64,000 bases of DNA from Takakia lepidozioides (lineage: Eukaryota > Plantae > Bryophyta), in NCBI GenBank assembly GCA_030704615.1, contig CM060731.1:53630001-53694000 (forward strand), in the 5' to 3' direction. Numbering within the stretch: the stretch's first letter is position 1; each line of letters opens with the position of its first letter. Below are positions 25,165 through 35,730 of the stretch, in pieces. The notes below the pieces were generated by a model, which saw only the letters and a list, made by a program, of their open reading frames with translations, searched no databases and was not told the origin of the DNA. Made by a program: the position numbers and the translations under genes.

Positions 25165-25656
25165 GGCGGGTATTTGCTTTCCGGAGCCCAATTTCGGCGC
25201 CGTTATTGGATGGACTGCGGAAGCTTCAGCCGAGAATTTTGTTTCCGGAGCCCAATTTCGGCGCCGTTATTGGTTGCACTCCCCAACCTTCAGCCGGGTA
25301 TTTGGTTTCCGGACCCCAATTTCGGCGTCGTTATCGGCTGCACTCCGGTGGCTTCAGCCGAGTATTTGGTTTCTGGGGCCAATTTCGGCGCCGTTATTGG
25401 CTGCACTCCGGAGGCTTCAGCCGGGTATTTGGTTGGCGGAGCCCAATTTCGGCACCGTTATTGGCTTCACTCCCGAGCCTTCAGCCGGCTATTTCTTTTC
25501 ATGTGCCCAATTACGGCGCTGTTATACCCAACCTTCTTGCACTTCTACAACTGTACTATCCACGGTTATAGGTCGCCATTGCGTTTTCGGAGTCTGCAAA
25601 CCCGGATCCTAATTCCGCTTGCGTCTCTGCCTCTGGGATAATTTCGGTGCCGTTAT
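25165..25656. repeat. Right subterminal 64-bp tandem repeat carrying AATTTCGGCGCCGTTATT
   Basis: Copies at 25191, 25255, 25319, 25382, 25446, 25510 and 25641. Confidence 0.9.
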
Positions 25657-25880
25657 TGCCCAGAATTCAGTTTTTCTATGACCTGGCCTGGCGGTCCATG
25701 AGCCTGGGCTCCAAGTCATGAGCGGACACTGGTACTTATGAGCGGAGTGCTTCCAACATGAGCGCGGAAATCTTCGAAAACCTTCTCTTGTTATACTACT
25801 TTCAATTATTTTATAGTTTTGGGCCCGAAAAAAATCTGCCGAAATTCGAAGTGTGTTACTTTGCGGCTCATGGGTGAGCC

Positions 25881-25923
25881 ATGCCCGCTCATGAGCTCAT
25901 GAGCTCATGGAATAGCAACCCCC
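25881..25923 (-). repeat. Right TIR of element B
   Basis: atgcccgctcatgagctcatgagctcatggaatagcaaccccc. Confidence 0.8.
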
Positions 25924-25930
25924 AAAAGAG

Positions 25931-27610
25931 GTGGTGGTGAAAAAAGAAGAAAAGTGCTCAACTCCAATCGTTGAGCTTTCGGATTCATCCGATGATGACA
26001 TTAGTGAAATTCCAACTCCAGTCCTTTGTACTGTAGTTGTGGAAGCGGATGAAGAAGACATTTGTAGTGTCATTCCAAAACTACGGGCGATGGGAGGAAT
26101 GGCAAGTTTCAAAAGTGAGTTGCGGGGAATTGATTGGGAAGCTTTGAAGCAGGTGCCTGCGAAGTTCCTGCCAGAGACTTTTGATGGGGATATCCTATTC
26201 GAGCTGCCTCCTCCTCCGCGAGTTGGAGGTGTAACAAGCATGATGCACGGAATGGACAAGAAACACGACGGGCACCCATGGTGCAGAACAAAAACATCCA
26301 ATATTCAAAATCAGGACAAGCTTGTTTTCAGGAGAACAGTTTGCAATGGACACCTTAGGTGTGATAATTTGAATTGCAGACACTTTCTTCAGTCTGGGGT
26401 TCACAATCAAAGCGAGTGGGAGCATCTCGCGGAAAATCCATTTAAGCCTGGGACTGCTCCTCCAGCGGAAACCACTTTCGTTTGCAAATTCTGCAAACTA
26501 GTACCAACTTGTCTGGCGCTGTGTGGAGCAAGAATGTACTATGTTGTCCACCGTTTGAAAACCATGACAAGAGCTTGTGTGCATTTCGGTTTCCATAACC
26601 ATCTTGTCTCGAAGGGGGATTACAGGGAGAGTGTTGAGACAGTATCGAGGTTGATTAAATAGGAGTACAAGAGAAACCCATTCGCAATAACATCGGCAAT
26701 TGCTCTTGGCGCAAGCAAGTCCTTCTTGGAAAGCCATATTTTGAGTGAAGGGGATTCTGTGGGGACTAAACTTGACAGTGCAGCACTCGACGTTGTCATG
26801 GATCATTTCTCCACGTTGAGCTCACCTAACATTCGGCATCAGATCAATGCATTGAGAATGGGCTCTGGGATCAGAGGCTACATAGACAACATTTTGGAAT
26901 TGAAATGACTGAGCATGTACGACTATATCCAAGACAATGTTTTTCCAGGTCAAGGTGCCATCAAAGTTTTTCTTTTCAAAATGTCGACTGCTGGGGAGGG
27001 TAGTGGGGTTAGCCTCGTGAAGCGGATGCAGAAGACTGGGGACCTGCAAAATTGTTTTCTTATGTTTGATCATGTGAAACGAATGAAAGATTGGACGACA
27101 ATGGCTTGTCATGTGTACGATCCAGTGTACCAACGAGTTATGACAATTGCAGTTTGTGACATGCAATCCGAGGATACGGAATCCCAGAAGCTCATGTGGA
27201 ATTCCCTTGTACGTGTTATGGGCTGCCATGGGGTGCCATCTCCAAATTTCGCTGGTTTTATGACAGATAGTGCTCAGGCGAATTTCAATGCAGTTCGAAT
27301 TGTCTTTGGATCAGGCGACCCAAAAGTGCCAATGCCGGGAAGAGAGCGTACATGTCTATTCCATTGGACACAATCTTTGGAGAAACATACAAAATCGGAC
27401 ATCAAACCAGAGATGCAGACACAGCACCGTAAATTGTGCAAAGAGTACAAAGATGCTAGAACAATGAAGGAGGCGGACACTTTGTTCCAGACAATTCGTG
27501 CTTGGTGGTTCTCTTTTGGAGCTGCATCGCTTGAGAGTATGAGAGCATTGGAAGATTGGCTGGCGTTTTGGCACTTCCGGTACAGACAGTGGGGAGCAGC
27601 CATGACAATG
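25931..27610 (+). pseudogene. Element A transposase, main exon (GCM-like Zn + MULE DDE), truncated by the gypsy LTR junction
   Basis: Clear paralog of 20319-22160 (DGHPWC, CNGHLRC, FKMSTAGEGSGVSLVKRM, MFDHVKR, FMTDSAQAN, CLFHW, WHFRYRQWG); stops at 26660 and 26906; splice donor at the same position as in B. Confidence 0.85.
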
Positions 27611-27674
27611 GTGCGAGGCTTGTATTGCTAGCTTTATTCATACATTTACTTTCCAAATTTTGCTCTCCTTGCTT

Positions 27675-29154
27675 TGGTTCACATGCTGAGAGCACCCTGA
27701 GAATCAGATCCAAACCCAAACAGATGTTGGTTTTTCTGCCCCATCCACATCATCCCTTCTTGTTGTTTCCAAACAGTTCAATCTAACTCTCACTGGTTTC
27801 CTCTACCTACTAAGCTAGTTCCACATTGACTGCAATGTGTCAACATCCCAGGCTAGATTGTTTGTACAAGCTCATGACGCTGAAACAAGAAACAAGAATA
27901 CAACAACAGCAACCATTCTGTCCCAGCAACGAATCAACCCTGTTTCCATTCATTTTTCCTACTCTACAATGTAACAGCAGGTGCATCCATCTCCAGTCCA
28001 TCCTGGTTTGAAGTCCAGTGTCTTCATTCCATTTCCAAAGCTCTTTTTCTTCCTCACATGTCAGTGTCTCTTACTACATACAAGAGACAGTCCAAACTTC
28101 ACAAAGCGATTTCTAAGTCACCCCAAAAAGAGAGAAAACCACTCTTCAAACTTATCTGTCTTATACTCATTGAAGCGGTGGGTCTGCCTGTCACGAAAGC
28201 ACCTTGTCCTCTCCCTCGTCAGCCATTTCCGACGTCTCTTCTTATCGTGATTCCAATCCTCATCAAGGCATGACGGCTCTGCTTCAGCTGCTGGCACATC
28301 CTTGTGTCTGCCAACCTCTACCCTATCCTTCTACATGTGCATTTCTTCCCTATGAAGTGATCTGGTCCTACAGCCTTTAAGACAGAGAGCAGATACAAAA
28401 CTTAATTATAGATAGCTTAAGCGCCATACACACCAGAAGGCGGCACCGCTTCCTCTTGCACAGAATGCCAAGCCAGATCCCTTAACGTCGCTCTTTAAGG
28501 CAAGCTGATTCCCTTACAAAGTGATCTGGTCCTAAAGCTCAAAAACAGACAGCAGCTACAAGATTTGATCACAGACAACCTGAGGCGCTATACACACCAG
28601 CCTGCATTTCTCATCCCCCAACACCTGCTGAGCCGCTCCATCTCCTCATTAATGTGCTCATCAAGACAATGGCGACAGCAGTGGTGCACCGCCCTTATCA
28701 CAAACCTGATCCCTCTGGTTTGATCATTGCTTACGAAGAAGGCGGCACCGCTTCTTCTTGCACAGAAAGCCAAGCAGGAGCTCTTAACATTTCTCTTAAA
28801 AGCAAGCTGATACCCTTTGCGTAGGTGGAACTTTCTCAGATATCCTGTGCTGCCAACACCACTGCAGCAGCTGCGAAAAGATACCCGCACTCTTCCCCTT
28901 CGAATTTCACATCCTGCTTCTAGGGTTCAACATCATGGATGAAAATCATTCATCCTAGGGATGAAAAGGCGCATGTCATTACTTAGCCATATTTTGTTCT
29001 TTGGCAGATCAATAGCATAGTCTTTCCATGGAATTACCTCAAGTTATGGACAATTCCTCCCCTTCATTAGCACGAAGGGCACTCCCTTTGTAGTAGTGCC
29101 GAAACCTGATGCCAAACAAAAACTTGAATTTTTACCCCCTGCACTCACACTACA
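27675..29154 (-). repeat. 3' LTR, truncated by ~0.8 kb
   Basis: Matches 36558-38035 apart from a few single-base differences, mostly 1-bp indels. Confidence 0.9.
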
Positions 29155-29175
29155 TATGTAGTGTGCCTCCTTTTT

Positions 29176-30704
29176 TTAAGTGTCAGGGTCCTCACTGACC
29201 ACCTTTAACGGCTGAACACCTATTGGTGGTATGAAGGGTTTTAAATCCCTCCTACTTCTTACCCATTCCTTGTCTGCTCCATCTCTCAACCTGCATCTTC
29301 GTGCAGCTTCTCCAGTCTTGGTTGTGCTTCCTGCATCCTTGTATCCCAAAAAGTCATAGGGTCCTTCCCATGGAGATGTCATGGAAGACCTCTTTCCAGG
29401 CCTCAACATCATTACCTTGCTGTTCTCCATCAACGTGCAGTAGGTATGCCCTGTTTGATGCCTTCTTTCATAATCTTTTGCCTGTTGACGCTGCCCTTTC
29501 TTCACACTCTTTCGTAGAATTGCCTTCATCTCTGTGAGAAGCTGGATTTTCTGCTGCATCATAAGTGTGACCTCTGCTACAGATCCATCAGAATTTACTG
29601 GTGTTGTAAGAAAATGTAACCTGTTGTCAATTCCCAGCCTGGGAATCCTACCAGTAAGTACCTGAAAAGGTGAGAATCCAGTGGAAGCATGGACACCCAT
29701 TCTGTAACCAAACAGGGCCTTATAGAGATTCTGATCCCACTCAGTGTCGTTTCCAACTCCTAGGGTGGTGATGCTCTGTTTGAGAGACTTAATGACCCTT
29801 TCCACCATACCGTTACACTGAGGCCAGTAGGGGGCGCTATGCTCCCTCTTTATACCGTATTCGTGGCATGTATCTTCAAACTCACCTCCCCACTCTGTGC
29901 CATTGTCAGTGAGCAACGTATGTGGGCAGCTATACCTGTCAATTACTTCTTCCTCAAGAAAGCGGGCAGCAAGGGCTGTTGTATGGTCTGCCACTGGTGC
30001 AGCTTCTATCCATTTTGAGAAGTGATCGATTGCCACCAGAAAGTACTGATTGCCCCTGCTGGTTATAGGTAATGGTCCTGCCGTGTCAATTGCAACTCTG
30101 AAAAACAGATCCACTACTGGAATGCTGTGAAGTTTTGAGCTACCTGAGCGCAACACTCCGTTCTGTTTGGCCATCTGACATTTACCACAGCCCTTGAGTA
30201 CTTGCCTGATGAGTTTGTTCTATCATGCCAGAAATAACGTCGGCATATCTCTTCTTGTGTTCTTCTGACTCCAAAGTGGCCAGTGGCTTCATGTACTTCA
30301 GTGATTATTGCCGCTCTGTCAGTTCTTGGTGGAACTACCCTTCCATCAAAGTAGACATCACCCTTGAGATAGGAGTACTGCCTTGCCCGCCTCTTGGCTC
30401 TCTTGCTCTCCTCTTTTGTCAGGTAGTCATTGACTTCTCCAAAACATAAGAGGTGCATGACTTCCACATCATCAAGCACATCAGGTTGCCTTTCCTCCTT
30501 AACAGCTGCCGTATGATGGTCAGAGCTGATGAGAGAGCTTTTCCCCCATCTTTCAGCCTCACGTAATAATGACATTTGAGTAGCTTTGGTGGGTGCGGTC
30601 CATGGTACCCAGTCCCCTTCATCAATCTTGTTGCAAGAAGAAGTGTCTTGTTCTGAACCACTTGTTCCATCACTGTCTGAAGAACAAAACGTCTTGGTGA
30701 ACAC
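29176..30704 (-). CDS. Gypsy integrase (HHCC Zn + rve core), one frameshift
   Basis: HEATGHFG...RYFW; VAIDTAGPLP, DHFSKWIEA, LTDNGTEW, PQCNGMVER, WEGPY. Confidence 0.9.
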
Positions 30705-31465
30705 TCACCCCCCATGTTTTCCTTGGCTGGGCATTCTAATGAGGAAGTCACCCGCGTTCTTCTTGTTGCTTGTCAAGGGTTGAAGGAATGGTGTCTCTTG
30801 CAAGCTTCCCTTTTCATTGTTCGATCTCTCTTCCTCAAGTTCACAGGCTGGATGTACCTCGCTTAGCTTCTTATCACGAGCACGAGATCCTCGGGTAATC
30901 ACATGGATGGTGGGACAAGAGGGCATCAGATGCTCCCTTTCCTTGTTGCTGATTGCAGTAGCCTCTATCCTTCCTGCACCCTTATCCTTCCAAATACCCT
31001 CCCTCACCAGATTGACAGAGCTTGATTGATCAATACCCTTTCCTTGTTGTTTTTTTTTAGCAAAAATCTGTGCAGCAAAAGTCACCCTCTTTCCTTCTCC
31101 ATCTGGCATTATGCCTGGTTTCAGTTCTCCCTTCAATATGCCATGATCCTTGGTCAACATTCCATCTGTGGAAGATCTTACTATGCCCGGAACGAACTCA
31201 AATGAAAAGTCACCAAGTAAGTCTATGCCTATGTGGTGCTCTGAGTATAGCCACCAATATGGATCTAGATCTGTTTCCAAAGAAAAATGACTTCCCAACA
31301 GTATTTTCTTAAAGTGCCAAAGGCCCCATACACATGCATAGTACTCTTCTCTTTTGCAAATCATCTCCCTGCTATACCCTACTTGCCTATGAGCTTCTTC
31401 TCTCAACTCCTCCTTCCCCTCCTTAAATTGAAATAACGAAGCATTGATGGCACTCCTATCCCAAG

Positions 31466-34400
31466 CTAGCTTAAGAAGATAGGCTCCATCCCTCTTTCTC
31501 CCTTCTCTTTTCTGACTGTACAGAGAAGTAGAGTATACCTCGATTTCCTCGTTTCCTCAGCTGGTCCCACTGGATACCTGCTTAGTGCATCTACGTTAGC
31601 ATGCCTAGCACCTGCTCTGTGAACAATTTTAAACTCAAAATCTTGTAACATCATGATCCATCTACCCCTGCGTCCATATGCGTCACTTACCGTTGCCAAC
31701 CACTCCAGAGGTTTGTGATCTGTCCTGATTACAAAAGGGGTTCCATACAGGTACTGCCGAAAGTGTAATACTCCCCACACCAGGGCATAGCATTCACCTT
31801 CCATAGGGTGATATTTGCGCTGAGCATCAGATAGTACCTTACTAGCGTATGCAATGACCCTCTCCTTTTTATACTCCTTTTGTGACAAGACTGCCCTACT
31901 CCTTTGATGGACCAGTCAACATCTAAGACGAACGGTCTTGAGAAATCTGGTCTTGCCAGGATGGGAGCAGTTACCAACTTCACCTGTAAGGCAGAAAAGG
32001 CGTTTTGTGCCTCTGCACTCCAGATAAACTTCACATCCTTCTTGGTTAGAGTGAACAAGGGTACTGCCACTCCAGCATATCCTTTGACATAGGGCCTATA
32101 GTACCCTGTCATGCCTAAGTAGCTTTTGAGAGCAGTGTGGTTTTTGGGCAAGGGAAACCTTTCAATAGCAGCTATCTTATCTGGATCAGGCCACGTTCCC
32201 TCTTCAGAGATCACATGCCCAAGGAATACCAACTGTAAGTTGGCAAAGTAACACTTGTCCGGATTGAGCCTAAGATTGGCCTTTCTAACCTTGCTCAATA
32301 CTCTCTTTATATGTCCCACGTGATCTCCCCAGTCCTTGCTATGGATATTGACGTCATCTACAAACACCTTAGCGCAATCTTTGATTTCTTCCTTGAGCAC
32401 TCTATTCATTGTTCTCTGAAAGGTAGCAGTGGCATTTTTTAGCCCGAATGGCATGACCAGCCATTCATACAATCCCTTCTTTGTGATCACCGCTGTTTTG
32501 CCTATGTCTCGGTCGTCCATTTTGATCTGCCAAAAACCAGATTGTAAATCCAGCGCAGAAAACCACTTGGCTTTCCCCAACTGGTTTAAAACATCCTGAA
32601 TTAATGGCATAGGGTAAGAGTCCCTTCTGGTCAAACGGTTTACTGGCCTAAAATCACCACAAAACCGCTTGGATCCATCCTTTTTTGGTGGAAGGGTAAC
32701 TGGACACGACCATTCTGAACTACTCTCTCTCATCTTGCCTTGTGAGATCAAAGTCTCAATTTGTCCTTGGACCTCGTCTTCCTCCCATTCTGATAGGCGG
32801 CTGGGACGACTTCTGCAAGGGGGAAAACCTTGTGTGTCAATTGTGTGTTCTACCTCACTGCAGTATCCCAAGTCAGCCTTGCTAAGAGCAAAGCATTCCT
32901 GGTTTGCTTTCAGCTCTTGCTCAAGCTCTATCCTATGTTCTGGGGCCAGTTCTGGGTTGATGTGCAGTCTGGATTTCAGACTTCTCCAACGACTCTCCAT
33001 TTCTTCCTCTTGACTGGGTTCCCAATTCTTTCCCTCCACCTGGCTTACAGAGTTAGCCATTCTCTGTCGTTCCTCTTGTGTGACAACCTGATTCCAATCA
33101 TGGAAGTCATCCTCTATTTCTAGGTTGTTGTTCCCTAGTTCACCATTCCAAGCTTTCTGATAAGCTTCCTGTATTATGGCAGCAGCCATGCTCTTATGGG
33201 TCTCTTCCTGAAGGAGTTCAGACATCCCTTGGTCCTCGAACAAGTCCTCCCCTAGGTTGACATCGTCTATTATTTCCTCAACATCCCTCAGTGCTGTTTC
33301 TACCTCCTTACTCTCCTCAGAGCCTCCCATCTCCTCATCTTTATCAGATTTAGAGGTGTCAGAACCTGAGGATGCTTCCTCCGTGTCCTCATATTCTTCC
33401 TCTGGTTTTCTTTTCTTCTCCCACAAGCCTAGGTACTGTTCATCTGACGTCAGGGTTAGGACATTACCTGCTGACGTACTGCTTGCATATCTCATTCTAC
33501 TCTCGACCCCTCTATGGTAGGCTGTTTTGGTAACTGCAGGCTCATTATAATTGATGGTGTGCAAAGGGAAGTGAGCAAAATCCTTTCCTGGCCCATAGCG
33601 TACGCGAATTGTTTCAGCTTCGGTGTCCACTACAGCGCCAAACTTTTTGAGAAAGTCCAATCCCAGCAGCATGTGATATGTATCCGTGTTCACCACCATA
33701 AAGGACAAACGATTGGTCAGTTCTCCTACTTTGACCTTGATGTCCTCAAGTCTGCCCATTGCAGTCTCAAGAGCACCTGAGGCTACTCTGTAATTCACAT
33801 CCTTACTAGTAATGACAGATCCCATCAAACCAAGATCCCTGACTGTACTAGCTGATATTACAGAAAGCATGGCACCAGTGTCAATCTGGCCTAATACTTG
33901 GTAATCTCCCATTGTAATCATTACATGAAGCGCTTTAACCTTACCAGTATAAGCATACGAGATCGTGGGCTCAGCGTGTGCTGAGTACAAAGGCCTTGGT
34001 ACATCCTTCACAACTTCTACACTGTGAGTTGTCTCCCTTTGTTGGACCATTGCTCTTTCCACCACTTTGACCAGCCCTTTCAATTTGTCTAGCTCTCCGG
34101 GCACAGTCATGATCAGGTCCATGGGCGACAACGATATTCTCCCTTTGTAGAAGTGGTTCAAGATTCTGGATTTCGTACCTCCTTCTATAGCATTTTTGAA
34201 ATTGTTCTTTGGGTAGATTTCACTCTTGGTCTTGCTTGGCTGTTCACTGCTCTCACTATTCCTTTCTGGTGACCCTGTAGGTTCAACAATCGGACTCTGG
34301 ACAGGTATGCGTGTCCTTGGAAGTCTGACTTCATTGATACTATTTCGTGACATCAGATCTGTCATCTCTGCGAGTACATCATCCTCATCATCATAGAACA

Positions 34401-34539
34401 CGTCTACAAAGTTAGTTCCCGGAGTTCCCATCATAGTTTGGTCGAGTTTTCTACTGCACTCACTCTCCGTATGCCCGAGTAGTTGCAAAAGTTGCATCTC
34501 ACACCACACATTTCCGTGGAATGCCCGAACCGGTGACAT
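31466..34539 (-). CDS. Gypsy pol: protease, reverse transcriptase, RNase H
   Basis: IDTGA; RFCGDFR, LDLQSGFWQ, MPFGLKNA, FVDD; LDVDWS, ECYALVWGV, IRTDHKPL. Confidence 0.95.
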
Positions 34540-35272
34540 TTGTCACACTTAGCTGGGGTTCTTCCTTCAGGACAATATGCAGCTATGTGACCTTCTTTGT
34601 GACAAACATTACAAAGGCGAACACGAGGTGGTGTTCTAGATCCCGAGCTTTCTCCTATGACTGGTCCCCTATCAAAGTACTTCTGTAGGGTAGTGTTCAG
34701 CTGATCAAGTCTTCTGTCCACAGGGTTAACAACACAACTGACTCATCTGTATCATCTCCTTCCAATGGCTCTAGAGGTATTTCCCCTAACTTTCCCAGGC
34801 CCCTTTCAATCTCAATGGCTGTGTCAAGTGCTTCCTCTACATCAAGGAAGCGCCTGCCCAGCATTACTCTTGCTATTTCTGGTCTCAAACCTGCTGCAAA
34901 TCTACGCCTCTGTTCCAAATCAGACGCCCCACTTCTTATAAATAACCGGTTCAACCTATCAAAGTATGTTTGAACCCTTTGTCTACTCTCCTGTTTAATG
35001 GTATCCATTCTTAGCCTAATTTCTGCCAAGTCAACGATACCAAACTTGGCTGAAATTGCTGCCCTGAAGTCCACCCAGTTGTTTGGTCTAGGGTTTTGTT
35101 TACGGTACCATTCATCAGCCTTGGCTCTCAGGTTGAGCCTTGCTACCTTGAAAGTTTTGTCCTCATTCAAATCCCTGACATCTGCCTCCATCTGAATTCT
35201 CTCCAGCCAGTCATTTACATCCTCACTATTCCTACCATGATAAGGCGCATCTATGCTGGTTGGACTGGTCAT
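34431..35272 (-). CDS. Gypsy gag with zinc knuckles (frameshifted)
   Basis: YHGRNSEDVNDWL, LRAKADEWY, FAAGLRPEI; CNVCHKEGHIAAYC, CDKCHRFGHSTEMC. Confidence 0.9.
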
Positions 35273-35730
35273 CCTTCTATTCTCTAGTCAAAGTTCAAAC
35301 TGTTTCAACACCTAATTCTGACTCTAATTCTCCCTCAACTTCCTTAATGTTGACCTCTATACCACTCCCACTGTCCATTTCGCAACATCTCTACTCTACC
35401 TCCCCATGTCACCTCTCGTGCCATGGTATTTATCTTCACCCACCTTCCTAACTCTCTTATCCAAAGTGCTATGGTTGTTCTTCCACCAGTATGTATCACT
35501 CTAAGACATAAATCACCATTCGCTATTCTCCAAGCAGGGTTGAAGAAGTACAAACAAGGGTCTGCGTGTGCATTTGGTGTGCGTCTGCTGAAGCAAATCA
35601 GCACATCTCCAATGCTTGGTTCATCAGGAATCAGTGTGTGGTCTCTTCCTGCCATCAAACCATCCAATACCAGTCAAGATCCCTAGCTAGTAGAAATCAA
35701 GATTCAACATCCTCAGGCTCTGATACCAAA

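Larger units (their letters stand above)
10933..25923. mobile_element. Giant (~15 kb) MULE-like element B carrying a ParB-methyltransferase gene and palindrome arrays
   Basis: Inverted ends (gaggtttactatttcatgagc...ctcatgagcgggcat vs atgcccgctcatgagctcatgagctcatggaatagcaaccccc); imperfect flanking repeat aaaagggag/aaaagag; internal MULE transposase. Confidence 0.85.

Noticed and set aside
24827-25641. Long ORFs of 142-261 aa
   Set aside because: They are translations of the 64-bp tandem repeat in several frames.
27556-28890. Short ORFs duplicated at 36375-37707
   Set aside because: They lie within the two LTR copies and show no protein motifs.
30170-34720. Programmed frameshifts in the gypsy gag-pol
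   Set aside because: The LTR pair also differs mainly by 1-bp indels, so sequencing or assembly indels are at least as likely.
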